From the IMG/VR virus record IMGVR_UViG_3300025141_016305, positions 1 through 64,000 of that record: a DNA stretch of 64,000 bases. One strand, given 5' to 3'. The position numbers were made by a program, and so were the translations under genes. The notes beneath the pieces are model-generated. The model was not told the origin of the DNA. It worked only from the letters and a program-made list of their open reading frames with translations, and did not search any database. The first letter of the stretch is position 1; the number at the start of each line of letters is the position of its first letter. Shown piece by piece: positions 48,601 through 58,047 of the stretch. Origin of the DNA: a virus.

Positions 48601-48606
48601 TGCCAT
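45601..48606 (-). CDS. Contractile tail sheath protein (gp18-like)
   Basis: FVSPGVFLKEID, YYPWV, WFAPAGFNRG, INPI, GQKTLQ and RINVRRL. Confidence 0.95.
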   Translation of the reverse strand: MASRKFKFVSPGVFLKEIDNSQLPKVPGRTGPVIIGRTRKGPTMKPYKVGSFEEFEAVFGQTVPGNQAGDPWRNPGLLATAYAPYAAQAYLKSQTPVTMIRLGGVLGDNASAGETNAHPGWESTKPWGLFLAASGSTNGQDGKGDGFHSAASAPITASLAAVFYGTDADFTVGLYGTCIGGDQTRTANTSSLRFDSGPPPTSSFAEPHSAGKYILELKDGTDTFKQTVSFTPGDPEYIRDVLNTNPVRTTTRISNITSGTLSNKYWLGETFEEEYRRINTHIAIASTNILAFTLPLQVSAASGSMGDFKSATHDAAPGQTGWVFHQNFAATGSYDARNLQKLFRIIAIQDGEHFPKNHIVEIQNIKIPETGAANPYSTFSVCVKMITPTGLVVVERFDRCNLNPNSQNFIAKQMGDQYFAWDTIEKRNKVYGTNPNLSQFIRVEVHRDISETGPDNNSAAPFGYFGPIVPKAFPRALTRAGSGATEVNTITFGEDKWIGNHALLNFPARSTMAGTINSASVSFNFPRGLYVEKVPETNLSTNPTLGARPYRMTSTKAEGTLLNESYVDYGRRAPIWATTNARQTSGIVSATDTEVGHSYIFSLDDTVITGTTTSNVADLSSFTPTEISFVTGSQVAGTAYTALSNGSARALARDVIDSFRMPLVGGCEGIDVREADPFNMHVVNADATTANNYAYASIDRAIELIRDPEAIEMNLAAMPGVTNENLTKKLVDTCEARADSLAIIDLPDVYIEPWHTACDNFQQRINSKTPTQVATALTARQINSSYGATYYPWVKVRDNSFNRDVWVPPSVIALGVMAYSEERTNAVWFAPAGFNRGGLNEGNAGLPVLAVTTQLLAKQRDILYEANINPIASFISEGLVVFGQKTLQTTQSALDRINVRRLLIFVKRRISTIASTLLFDQNVQATWNRFKSKVEPFLEGVKTELGLTDFRVILDKSTTTADLVDRNIMYAKIFLKPARSIEFIAVDFVITRTGAGFGEPE

Positions 48607-48689
48607 ACTGATATCTCCTTGAGGAACGTGATTAAAACTAAATAACTAGTATTTTACTTTATTAAATAGTTTTTCTTAACTCGAAAGGA

Positions 48690-48725
48690 AAAAAGAAAAG
48701 GAAAAGCCCGGTAAAAACCGGGCTT
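48690..48725 (-). terminator. Rho-independent terminator after the fibre gene
   Basis: AAGCCCGGT-TTTT-ACCGGGCTT followed by a pyrimidine/U tract. Confidence 0.7.
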
Positions 48726-48756
48726 GTAAGGTGGGAAAAAAGCAGGATTATTTTGA

Positions 48757-51090
48757 TTAGCTGGCGAGATACTTGATTGTAAGTATATCGTCGCTGTCAA
48801 GTGTTTCTGCCAAGACGATATAAACGCCACCATCACTAGGCAAGGATCCAGTTGGGTTTTCCCAAACACGAGCCTGGCTAGGGCCGGTGGTGACCAGAGT
48901 ACCACCGCTGGTACCACCACTGACGTAATAATCCCAAATTCCGATGCCGGCGCCGGCAATGGCTGGCGTGCCCGTGCCGACAGTACCTGATGTAATCGGA
49001 TAGGTCATCGGACCAGTAGAGCCACTCAAAGAACCAGAAGGTGTCAGCAACATACCATTTAAGTATATTTCCAACGAACCAGCTCTTGGGTACCCATGTG
49101 CATTGACCTCTAGTGATGCAGTGTAAAGATCAGCTGACATACGGCCTTGGCCTCCGGTATTAACGTTTGTTGCATCACTCTGACTAGCACTAAAGAACAG
49201 CGACGTTCTTGGAATGACCGAATTGTTCTGGACGTAAGTGGTAAGATCACTCAAAGCAACCTGCTTCATTGTACCAGCATCGTTACAGACAAATCTATCT
49301 GCATCAACAAGAGTGGTTGACGTAGCAGCAGTACCGCCATCTACGACGTTTAGCTCTGCGGCGGTTGTTGTGACAACAGTGCCTGCCAGCGCGAGGCCCT
49401 TAGTGGAGCCATCATGCTGTGGAAAATCCACGACACCACTACCTGACATCTTCAAAAGCTGGTTGTCGTTTGAGTCTCCACCACCGGAATATTTGCCATC
49501 ATCTGGCAAAGCGACATTTGGATCCGAACCAGTGGAGAAAATCACAAAGGTTTCATCCGTCTTATTATAACCCATACCGTAACGGTTTGCAGTGTGATTT
49601 CTGTTGGATTCAAAAATAACCCTAGTATCTCTTTCATACTGTGACGCGCCACGCTTACCAATGATCAGATCATCAACGACACGTTTACCGGATGCGTTCG
49701 ACGCAGAAGCCGCGATACTAACCTGGCCTTGCACCTGGTATGAACCAGTTCTGTTCATTTTTACAAGACTTGAAATCTTGACTTTTCTAGTTTCTGGTGC
49801 GCCGAGGTAATTGATATCATGAACAATAAATTTATCGTCAAGATTAAGAGAAATCTCCGAAGCTCCAGCTACATCGATGTCTAACAAGTTAATTTCGGCT
49901 GGTGTAGCCGCAATTGCTGTTGTTGAGGCCGCAGAAAATGGTATCAAAGTACCATCAACATTAGCAAGGTTTATTGTGCGGTCAGCTGTTGGATCAACGA
50001 CGCCAAGTGTGGTTTCGAAATCATTAGCTGTGGCACCTTCAAACCTAAGAGAACCTGTAATTCCAAGTGTAGTAATATCAAGCTCTGTTCTGGTGCCTGC
50101 AACAGTAAGATCACCAGGAATGTGCACATTCGTAGTTCCTCCGCCCACCGTTAGGACATTTGCACCAACAGACGCACCAATTGTCAAAGCACTGGCAGCA
50201 TCAACATCAATAGAAGTACCGCCTACAGTGAGGTTACCGTTTCCGATTGTTACATTGCCAGAAGCATCTATCTCGAAATCATTGACGGAGTCAAAAGCGT
50301 TGCCTGTGTTGATTGCAAAAACATCCTGATCGTCATCAATACCCACTACTGTCTTTAGAGTGCTGTGGCCGAAAGTTAGAATCCTATCAGTACCGTCGGC
50401 ATCAGGGCCAATTGAGACAGTTCCGGAAGCGAACAGCGTACTATGAACAACAGCAGCACCGGTTGCATCGACATCCATGGCCCGTTCGCCGTCGCTGGCT
50501 TGAACAAGGAATTGGGTTGCAGCCGTGGTGTTACCAAGCTTCGCGACAACGTGATCAGATGAACCTGCGTTCAATCTCAAGGTTTTCGACGCGACCAATT
50601 CTGTTACCTGCCCGCTTGTCCCGGCGCTTTGGATCGACATGTAGTCGGTTTTAGCGGTGTTGAGCGCGAGCTTAGTGGTGTTGTTTTTTAAGTTAAGAAC
50701 TGCACCAGTCTTTGTAAGTTGCAAAACTTGGACCCATGCATTTGGTCCAATGTTTTCTATTACTGAAAAGCCTATGTTTCCATTGTTTTTCGAACTTGAA
50801 AGGGCAATGCCGTTATCTTCATGAAAGCTGAGGTATCCTATGCCGGCTAAGGAACCCGAGACACCAATCTCAAAGCTTTTGCCATTAGTTGTTACGGCCA
50901 AACGTCGTCTTATTTGATCCGTTGTGATAATAATATCTTGATCATTACCAAGCTGAATAGTACTTCCATCAGCAAGGAATAAATCTGAATATTCATACGT
51001 GGCAGAACCCAATGAGGCTCCATCGGCGGATTTTGGCAACAAATCACCGGTGATTTCGAGTTGGGTTTGCGAATTAATCTTAGTTCCCAT
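48757..51090 (-). CDS. Fibre-like structural protein
   Basis: Gly/Ser/Thr-rich; repeated T.AE[IL]N..D motif; C-terminal YLNG...DY...L...D.L.I.Y domain. Confidence 0.7.
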   Translation of the reverse strand: MGTKINSQTQLEITGDLLPKSADGASLGSATYEYSDLFLADGSTIQLGNDQDIIITTDQIRRRLAVTTNGKSFEIGVSGSLAGIGYLSFHEDNGIALSSSKNNGNIGFSVIENIGPNAWVQVLQLTKTGAVLNLKNNTTKLALNTAKTDYMSIQSAGTSGQVTELVASKTLRLNAGSSDHVVAKLGNTTAATQFLVQASDGERAMDVDATGAAVVHSTLFASGTVSIGPDADGTDRILTFGHSTLKTVVGIDDDQDVFAINTGNAFDSVNDFEIDASGNVTIGNGNLTVGGTSIDVDAASALTIGASVGANVLTVGGGTTNVHIPGDLTVAGTRTELDITTLGITGSLRFEGATANDFETTLGVVDPTADRTINLANVDGTLIPFSAASTTAIAATPAEINLLDIDVAGASEISLNLDDKFIVHDINYLGAPETRKVKISSLVKMNRTGSYQVQGQVSIAASASNASGKRVVDDLIIGKRGASQYERDTRVIFESNRNHTANRYGMGYNKTDETFVIFSTGSDPNVALPDDGKYSGGGDSNDNQLLKMSGSGVVDFPQHDGSTKGLALAGTVVTTTAAELNVVDGGTAATSTTLVDADRFVCNDAGTMKQVALSDLTTYVQNNSVIPRTSLFFSASQSDATNVNTGGQGRMSADLYTASLEVNAHGYPRAGSLEIYLNGMLLTPSGSLSGSTGPMTYPITSGTVGTGTPAIAGAGIGIWDYYVSGGTSGGTLVTTGPSQARVWENPTGSLPSDGGVYIVLAETLDSDDILTIKYLAS

Positions 51091-51252
51091 ATTTAAAGTC
51101 TCCTTATGTTGTTTATGGAAAACACAAAGTAAATTTATACTAAATAAAATAAACTGTAGATTATATTAATTGAAGAAACGGTATAGTAAGGTAAGATAAG
51201 GGTAAGAAATAAACAAAACGAGGCGCTACAAATTATATAGTTTTAAAGGCGC

Positions 51253-51465
51253 TCAAGAGAATAGAATTTTTTTAAGATTTCTGACATTGTTATCAAATTT
51301 GCAAAAATCTGAATCTAAAAATTCTAAGGCTGTGATTGCACACTTATTAAAATCATCTTCAAAAACAAAATGAAATTTTCCGGTCTCCAGACGCTTACAT
51401 TCAATAACTTTAAAACCATTTAATTGAAGATAAGCGGCGATTCCGATATCACTTGTTGTATACAT
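51253..51465 (-). CDS. DUF5659-like small protein
   Basis: TSDIGIAAYL...G........G...FVF pattern. Confidence 0.6.
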   Translation of the reverse strand: MYTTSDIGIAAYLQLNGFKVIECKRLETGKFHFVFEDDFNKCAITALEFLDSDFCKFDNNVRNLKKILFS

Positions 51466-51571
51466 ATCACAAATTACCTCTTTATTGTTGAATTCTTGCT
51501 AAATTCTTACAGCACCGTAAAAGCCAGGTTCAACAAACTAATTAGTGAGATGCATCAAAGAAAGTTTCTCT

Positions 51572-51937
51572 TTACTGATCTTTTCTTATGAAGAAGGCTT
51601 TTTCGCCCCGGCTGGCCGGGAGTTTAAGCTCATACGTTATTGCCCCGTCTATGTTCATAGATTCTTTAAGTTTTCGGCCTTCTTGAATCGCAAAAGCTTC
51701 GGTTTCCCTTAATTGAGTCATAAGTTGAGTTTTAAACTTTTCAAATTGTAAAAAAGCTCTCGATAGCTGTAGCTCGATTTGCGCTGTGACCTCTGTGGCT
51801 TTGTAAATTTGCTCTACTTGTTCCCACTCGACATCAACTACTTCGGAAGTGATTGGTGTCACTTCTTCTTTCTTTTCTTCTTCTCCTGTGGCGTCGAGGC
51901 CACTCAGATTAACTTCTAAATCTTCCATTTTTATCAT
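51572..51937 (-). CDS. Hypothetical protein
   Basis: AGGAG SD; acidic coiled-coil. Confidence 0.7.
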   Translation of the reverse strand: MIKMEDLEVNLSGLDATGEEEKKEEVTPITSEVVDVEWEQVEQIYKATEVTAQIELQLSRAFLQFEKFKTQLMTQLRETEAFAIQEGRKLKESMNIDGAITYELKLPASRGEKAFFIRKDQ

Positions 51938-51992
51938 TTTACTCCTTTCTTAATGTAAAAATTGAATTTTTCATCCACGTAACTAAATTCTA

Positions 51993-53225
51993 CTACTCTA
52001 CTACATAGGTAATATAGAGAGAATCTCCCGCAACTAAATTTTCTGCCAATGTTATTGTGTTTCCACTTATTGTATAGTCGTGGGCACCTCCTACAGCTAA
52101 TATTATACCATTTAGATATAAAGATTCAGTGTTTTCTTTAATATTTCCACCTGTAACTGTGACAACGTTTGCTGGACTTGGAGGATCTTCGCCATCTTCC
52201 TTTAACATCTCTCTAATAACTAAATTATCCTTCAAAGTTTGCGCAAAATTATCAACTGTAATAATATTGCCTGAAACTGTGCCGCTGCCTCCTCCTGTGG
52301 TTCCTGCTGTCACGCCAGATGCTGCAGCAACATTGGAAAAAAATGTTGCAAAGGGTGCCAATTTTTGTGCTTCAAAAGCCGGGATTCCGGCCAGGCCATA
52401 ATATTGGCCATACTCATGTTCTGGCACTTCTTGCAAAGATATTCTTTCTCTAGGTATTTTTACTTCTACTGCGTTTTCTCTAATAGAATAATGTGGCTTT
52501 ACTCTATTATCGCCCTCTCCTACCAAATATCCAACAACTTTTAAGTTAATATTTGTTTCAAATTTTCTTTCCTGAGAGGAATATTCACTTATGTTACTTT
52601 GTTCTTGATAATCCGGCTGAAGGAAGCCTTCGTACCTATGTTCTCCTTCTTTTAGCTTTACAAAATTAATTGTACCAGGTGTTGTTATAAAAGGCAACAT
52701 TAATTCATTCATTTGTTGTTGATATTCTGTTCTTATGGTTATTTCATACACAACTTCAATATTCACCGGCATGGGGGCCGAAACAGTTCTATAAACTACT
52801 TTGGGGTTTGGTCTTGGGTAGTTATTTTGCTTATTCAACCTAAGAGCGTCCGCATTTGCGAATTTTAACGTTTTTTCCTGGTATATCACCCTGCTCACTT
52901 CTAGCGAGCCACCTTGCTTGTCATCAACTTCTGGTATATTTCCTTGAAACGTCCCTGCAGATTTTAGATTTTTTTGAATTGATTTTCTACTAACTGAAAT
53001 TATTGGGAAAACCAACGCCCCAAGATTGTCTCTTATGTCTTTGTCATTCTTTGACAAAAACGCTCTTTCCGAAGTTGCCCACAAAACTGGTACTTTTTTC
53101 CACCCTTTGTTTGTGTTTGTAAACAAATTTAGACCTTCTAAGTAATTTAAAACTGATTTATCAACAGTTTCTATTGTCGATGCCTCGAAATGTAACTTTC
53201 CTATTTGGTCATTATTGTCAGGCAT
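51993..53225 (-). CDS. Tail terminator/sheath stabiliser (gp15-like) with an extra C-terminal domain
   Basis: VPV.W...ER, P.ISV, P.P.NI...Y...I.T...QQMNE; position in the gene order. Confidence 0.7.
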   Translation of the reverse strand: MPDNNDQIGKLHFEASTIETVDKSVLNYLEGLNLFTNTNKGWKKVPVLWATSERAFLSKNDKDIRDNLGALVFPIISVSRKSIQKNLKSAGTFQGNIPEVDDKQGGSLEVSRVIYQEKTLKFANADALRLNKQNNYPRPNPKVVYRTVSAPMPVNIEVVYEITIRTEYQQQMNELMLPFITTPGTINFVKLKEGEHRYEGFLQPDYQEQSNISEYSSQERKFETNINLKVVGYLVGEGDNRVKPHYSIRENAVEVKIPRERISLQEVPEHEYGQYYGLAGIPAFEAQKLAPFATFFSNVAAASGVTAGTTGGGSGTVSGNIITVDNFAQTLKDNLVIREMLKEDGEDPPSPANVVTVTGGNIKENTESLYLNGIILAVGGAHDYTISGNTITLAENLVAGDSLYITYVVE

Positions 53226-53709
53226 TAAATAACCCCTCTCTTGCTCTTACACACTCGGCTATAATCTCAAATTTAGAATCAACTTGCCCATAAAGCCAAA
53301 CTGGCTCCTTTAGGGTCAATATCTCATAAAAATTTACGCCATATTGCACAAAATCTCCTTCTCTTACAAACAAGTCTTGGTCCTCTGTAAGTCGCCTCTT
53401 GTGGAAAGACACCGTGATTCTTTCGATTCTATCAATTCCCAATGGTGTAGTGCTTGTATTCTCGCTCTCATATTTCACCATGGCATAAACCCTCACCGGG
53501 TCTAAAAAAGTTTTATCAATCGCTTCACCATAAATGTTGTGAAAATTTGTGTGTTCTAAACTAATGGGATAATATACAACTGTCTGGCCAACAACTCTTT
53601 CAATGATCTCATCATTAACCTGTTTTACAAAATCTTTTTCCTTTTTTCCCGTAAAAAGGGGTGGAGGAGGACTTTCAGGTTGAGACCACTTGTTATCACT
53701 ATTCGACAT
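53218..53709 (-). CDS. Neck protein (gp14-like head closure)
   Basis: VVYY......T..H.IYGEA..K.F and EGDF; position in the gene order. Confidence 0.7.
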   Translation of the reverse strand: MSNSDNKWSQPESPPPPLFTGKKEKDFVKQVNDEIIERVVGQTVVYYPISLEHTNFHNIYGEAIDKTFLDPVRVYAMVKYESENTSTTPLGIDRIERITVSFHKRRLTEDQDLFVREGDFVQYGVNFYEILTLKEPVWLYGQVDSKFEIIAECVRAREGLFNA

Positions 53710-53715
53710 AATTTA

Positions 53716-54975
53716 TTACCCCACGTAAATATGATAAGGCACCTTTTCGAGCACTTTTCCTGTATTTTCAACCATTCCGGCATCTTGTTCTGTCAGCTTA
53801 GCGTATGTAAGTTCTGCAAGTGTGGCCTTTAATTCTTCTCTTAATTTCTCTTGTTCATCCTTTCCTTCTGCTATAAGTGCGGTGCCATTTAGGTTAATTG
53901 TTTGTCCGGGCACAGGTACTGTTCCGAATTTTGATCTAATTTGGCCCAAAGTCTCTTTACACAAGGACAAACAAAACCTCCTAATCCACTGCTTTCCAAT
54001 GGCATTGATATTGTTAAATGGCAAATTGCCAATTGGCAAGGTATTCATGTTGTTGACGCCGTCTAGTTCGGCATCGGTCCCAGCCCAGATGTCTTCCCGT
54101 ATAGAAAATTCAATCTTCATCGTACTGGGACTGCTAATATCTGGTGTTGGGTATAATCTGATTTTATTGTTTTGTAGCTCATACGAAAAGTGAGATAATC
54201 TTGTGTATATGGCATCCTCAAAAGCCATGGCTTGTGCTTTATTGTGCCATGTCGGAATTAGTTGAAAAGTAGAATCGTCAGAGAACTGTCCATAGTTATG
54301 TAAATTACCTACAACGTTTAAGCCACCATAATATCCATAAAACCTCCACATCGCATGCGGTGTTTTATAATACACTTTTTTAATTAAAATTCTCTTATTC
54401 CCAACAGAGCCCGAAAACAGCTCTGATGTTCCTACTATATTTTGCAAATCATACTCTTGCACATCTGCTGTAACATCAAAAGACGCTGTATGTTGAACTG
54501 ATGCATTAAGGCCTATTTCTGATCCTATGCCATCTGCAATCCTCCTTGTCATGCTATAGTCGAATTTTGGGTATTTGAGGGCCACATGGTCCCTTCCAAG
54601 CGAAGAACTAAGCGCACCCTCTTGAAGGTTACCTTTTGAGTCAAAAGAGCCCGTAGTGTTGCCTAGTGCGTCTGATAATATATTTGTTGCTTGGTGTATA
54701 TTTACAAGATAAGAATACTCCAACACTGCTTCTTCATACGAAGCATATACATTACCCTCTGTTAATTCTATATCAAGAACATCTCCACCTAATTTCTTAT
54801 ATACATAGGAAACTTGATCAACGGCGCCGGCTAGAAAGTCGCTAGAGTACAGAGGAGAAGTACTATCAGAATAAATTCTATACGGCACAGTTGTATCTAC
54901 GTTATCTGTCGCGCCGGTGACGGGCAGAACGACTGCTGATAGCGTACTAGATGGTGTTAAGGTAGGTAAAGACAT
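53716..54975 (-). CDS. Neck protein (gp13-like adaptor)
   Basis: KLGGDVLDIEL, WIRRF...CKE.LG.IRSKF..VP.PG...LNG. Confidence 0.8.
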   Translation of the reverse strand: MSLPTLTPSSTLSAVVLPVTGATDNVDTTVPYRIYSDSTSPLYSSDFLAGAVDQVSYVYKKLGGDVLDIELTEGNVYASYEEAVLEYSYLVNIHQATNILSDALGNTTGSFDSKGNLQEGALSSSLGRDHVALKYPKFDYSMTRRIADGIGSEIGLNASVQHTASFDVTADVQEYDLQNIVGTSELFSGSVGNKRILIKKVYYKTPHAMWRFYGYYGGLNVVGNLHNYGQFSDDSTFQLIPTWHNKAQAMAFEDAIYTRLSHFSYELQNNKIRLYPTPDISSPSTMKIEFSIREDIWAGTDAELDGVNNMNTLPIGNLPFNNINAIGKQWIRRFCLSLCKETLGQIRSKFGTVPVPGQTINLNGTALIAEGKDEQEKLREELKATLAELTYAKLTEQDAGMVENTGKVLEKVPYHIYVG

Positions 54976-55036
54976 GCATAAGTCCTCGCAAGTTACAGTT
55001 TATCAATATAACTAGTTCTTGAAAGAAACAAATACT

Positions 55037-55387
55037 CTATGCGCTTGTTTTTGTTTTGGTGGCACGTGATTTACGAGCCGTAGAGGCAGTCTTCTTTGCG
55101 GCTGGTTTAGTTATCTTGGGTTTTCTTACCCTCTTCGGCTTTTCGACTTTTGGTTTCTCTGTGGCGGCCGGTTCGTCGTTTTTAACCGTTTGCTTTAAAG
55201 CATTGATTCTTGGCTTAACAGTTTCTTCTACTTTCTCGACCACTTCTTGAGCTACCTCTTGAATGGTCTCTTGAACTGTTTCAACGGTTTCTTCTATTTG
55301 TCCGCGCAGTCTTGCAACTGTTTTTCTAAATGCCAATGCTTTCGCAGCGTACTTTGGACTTCTTAACTTTCTTGATTTCTTTCCCAT
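55037..55387 (-). CDS. Basic histone-H1-like protein
   Basis: Start MGKKSRK with an AGGAG SD; K/A/P/T-rich C-terminal tail. Confidence 0.6.
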   Translation of the reverse strand: MGKKSRKLRSPKYAAKALAFRKTVARLRGQIEETVETVQETIQEVAQEVVEKVEETVKPRINALKQTVKNDEPAATEKPKVEKPKRVRKPKITKPAAKKTASTARKSRATKTKTSA

Positions 55388-55427
55388 GGGGAACTCCTTT
55401 CTTGTTATATTATAAATAGGTTGGATA

Positions 55428-55462
55428 TAAAAAAACCCCCAACCAAGATTGGAAGGGGGTTT
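55428..55462 (-). terminator. Rho-independent terminator
   Basis: AAACCCCC...GGGGGTTTTTTT. Confidence 0.7.
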
Positions 55463-55497
55463 AGTCGATAAATTCATACCCTACAGAGTATTAAGTA

Positions 55498-56118
55498 TCA
55501 AACAGCGCTTCCTGCAAACGTTGCATTTGCGACCCCGGTACCCAAAGCAACGCCCTGCCAACAAATTCTCCAGAAACCGTCTGTAGCGCAGTAGAAAGCT
55601 AATTCTGCCCCTACATTGCTCTGGTTATTTGTCGCTGTCATGGAAATCGTAAGCGTGTTATGTGTTGCTGCGATCGTAGCTATCTTGCCGAGTGTCTGCG
55701 TGGTTGTAAAGTCCGTTCCAAAAACCCGCGGGCCCACTGCACCAGCACCCGCTCCAAGTGTCGGCAAATTCAGCGTTTGTGCGGCGAAGAAATCGCCGGA
55801 GTTTGTAGTGACGACTAGGTTAGAACCACCAGCGTTCTGGGCCGTCATCTTCATCACGACTAACGCACCCGCTGTTGCATCTGGCAGCGCTAAGGCATTG
55901 CCTGCATCGCCAAGGGCGGCACATTCGTGTAGTGTATTCACTGTAAATGTGAACCCAGTGTCGCAATTAGCGTCTGTTTTTGTTAACAGTGAAAGACCAC
56001 TGTAATCTCCGGAGATAAATCTCCACAAGTTCGATGTAGAAGCTTTGTGGTTCAAATCTCTCTTCAAATTCTCTATTAGTGCCTCGACTCTTGCGAGTCC
56101 TACTCTTTTAGTACCCAT
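55498..56118 (-). CDS. Putative capsid-associated structural protein
   Basis: Directly downstream of the MCP; ALPDATAG beta-rich fold typical of decoration proteins. Confidence 0.55.
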   Translation of the reverse strand: MGTKRVGLARVEALIENLKRDLNHKASTSNLWRFISGDYSGLSLLTKTDANCDTGFTFTVNTLHECAALGDAGNALALPDATAGALVVMKMTAQNAGGSNLVVTTNSGDFFAAQTLNLPTLGAGAGAVGPRVFGTDFTTTQTLGKIATIAATHNTLTISMTATNNQSNVGAELAFYCATDGFWRICWQGVALGTGVANATFAGSAV

Positions 56119-56203
56119 ATTTATAACCCTCCATTGGTTTTACCATTTATAATCATGTCATGAAACTGGGTAGTATCATTACAATCATTATTAACTAGTG
56201 CTA

Positions 56204-56243
56204 GAAAAAACGAAACCCCCAGCCAAATTAATGACCGGGGGCT
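56204..56243 (-). terminator. Probable terminator after the major capsid gene
   Basis: CCCCCGGTCA...TGGCTGGGGG followed by TTTCGTTTTTT. Confidence 0.55.
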
Positions 56244-56274
56244 CTGTTGTTCTAATCGCTAAATTTAATAGCTA

Positions 56275-58020
56275 TTAGGCTGTTGCACCTGCCTCACCAA
56301 GGAGACCACGTACGATAACGAGACCATACATATCTGGTCGAACCATCTTCTTCGCATAGCGCGTCATGACGCCCTTACGAGGCACGAAATCTTCCGTGCC
56401 GAAAATGGTAGGTGTGACCTGGAGTGGTACATACGGGGCGTATACAAATCCACTTTCGAGGAAGCTACTACCCTTTCTACCAACAAGGACAAGGTTACGG
56501 ATGAAGTAAGGATCGACATAAACATCGAATTTCTTACTCAAGCTACCCGCCTTGACAGCGCCGATGGTACCACGATCCTGATCGGCGGTTACGCTTGCGC
56601 GGAAACCACTTGTGAATTCAAGAATGTTGGCAACCTCAGGAGAACAAACAACAAAGTTTGCTCCGCCTCGGAGTGTCTTACGGTGGATCTGAGCGCTGAC
56701 ATCGTTGATAGTCTCAATGAGTGTCTCATACCACTCACTGACTGTACCAGTGAAGTCAGGCGCAGCAGAACTTGCACCAATCTCAGCACCTGTGCTATTA
56801 ACGAACAGGCCTGGGGATCGGCTCCAGTAACGAGTACCAGCTGATGCACCTTCAACAAGCTCACTAAGAAGCTCACGATCAATCTCAAGAGCAATCTGCT
56901 CAGAAAGAATGCCGGTAAGCTCAACCTCAGCATCCAAGTTGTGATAAGCATTAAGGTCCTGGCCAAGCTCAGGGGTCCATTTTGCCTTCAGTTTCTTGGT
57001 CTGCGCGGTGACAGCGATGCTATCAACCTTGATGTCAATTTCGGCAATACTTGTAGTGCCTTGCGCGGCGCCAGAAGCCTTAGCTCCGCCAAGAGAGCCG
57101 CCTGCAGGGGTTGGTTCTTCAAGTCCCCATATACCATGAGTAACAGAACCAGCTTCACCACCACTTTCAAAAGTGTCGGCTACTGGATATTCACATCTCA
57201 TCACTCCTGTACTGGCTGCAACTCCACCGTCATCAGCAACAATGGTTACGGTAACCTTTCCGGTGGATGAGGAGTAGCTAGTCAATCGACGAACGATGGT
57301 GTCGTTGTCGGCCAAGCCTGTCAATACCAAACCGGCGAGCGCACCTTTATCAAGTCTTGTAGGAGCATCAAAAATGTACTGCTCAACCTGTGTGCTATCA
57401 GTAAGGGCTAGCAAGTCAGCATCATAACGAATCAACTTCTTATTAGCCTCGGTAACGCTGCCATTTAGAGCAAATTGAACTGCCCCAGCTGTTGGGTCGG
57501 CCAAGGTAACCATTACTGAACCTGTAGGAGCAGACAATTGATTACCAAAGTTGTAGTGACCACCTGCGCCGGCGTCATTGAAAGAAGCAAGCGGATCAGA
57601 AAGATCAACACCGCCTGTTAACTGAGCACCGACCACGTTACCACCATACACTGAAAGGGCATCAACTGCTCCAAGCCTGGTGTCACTGTGTGTGAAGTCA
57701 AGGAAAAAGATGAGGCCGCTTGGCAAGCTCATTGGCTGAACCGAAACGAGATCATTTGCGATCAACCCGCCGAATACACGACGGACGATCGGGAAAGCAA
57801 CTGCAGCGAAGCCTTCGACATCGCCTGCAGACATCGCAGAAGCCTCGCGAAGAAGCTCCTTTGCCTGGTTTTCGAGAAGAACTGCCATACCTTGCTTCTG
57901 CTGGCCGTCATCTAGGCCTTCGAGCAAGCCGGTAGCTTCCCATTTGTTTAGAAGTGCTGCTCCTTCTGCGCGAAGATCGCGAGACTGAACTCCTTCTGTT
58001 AATTTTTGTAAAATAGACAT
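56275..58020 (-). CDS. Major capsid protein (T4 gp23-like)
   Basis: LLENQ, VSVQPM..PSG.IF, KLKAKWTPEL.QDL.AYH.LDAE.EL, EIDRE, YAPYVPL and GVMTRY. Confidence 0.96.
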   Translation of the reverse strand: MSILQKLTEGVQSRDLRAEGAALLNKWEATGLLEGLDDGQQKQGMAVLLENQAKELLREASAMSAGDVEGFAAVAFPIVRRVFGGLIANDLVSVQPMSLPSGLIFFLDFTHSDTRLGAVDALSVYGGNVVGAQLTGGVDLSDPLASFNDAGAGGHYNFGNQLSAPTGSVMVTLADPTAGAVQFALNGSVTEANKKLIRYDADLLALTDSTQVEQYIFDAPTRLDKGALAGLVLTGLADNDTIVRRLTSYSSSTGKVTVTIVADDGGVAASTGVMRCEYPVADTFESGGEAGSVTHGIWGLEEPTPAGGSLGGAKASGAAQGTTSIAEIDIKVDSIAVTAQTKKLKAKWTPELGQDLNAYHNLDAEVELTGILSEQIALEIDRELLSELVEGASAGTRYWSRSPGLFVNSTGAEIGASSAAPDFTGTVSEWYETLIETINDVSAQIHRKTLRGGANFVVCSPEVANILEFTSGFRASVTADQDRGTIGAVKAGSLSKKFDVYVDPYFIRNLVLVGRKGSSFLESGFVYAPYVPLQVTPTIFGTEDFVPRKGVMTRYAKKMVRPDMYGLVIVRGLLGEAGATA

Positions 58021-58047
58021 TATAAAATCACCTCCTTTTCTATAGAT

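Noticed and set aside
48654-48959. 101-aa minus-strand ORF overlapping the end of the fibre gene
   Set aside because: It is an alternative frame that runs through a terminator and promoter motifs, with no protein-like features
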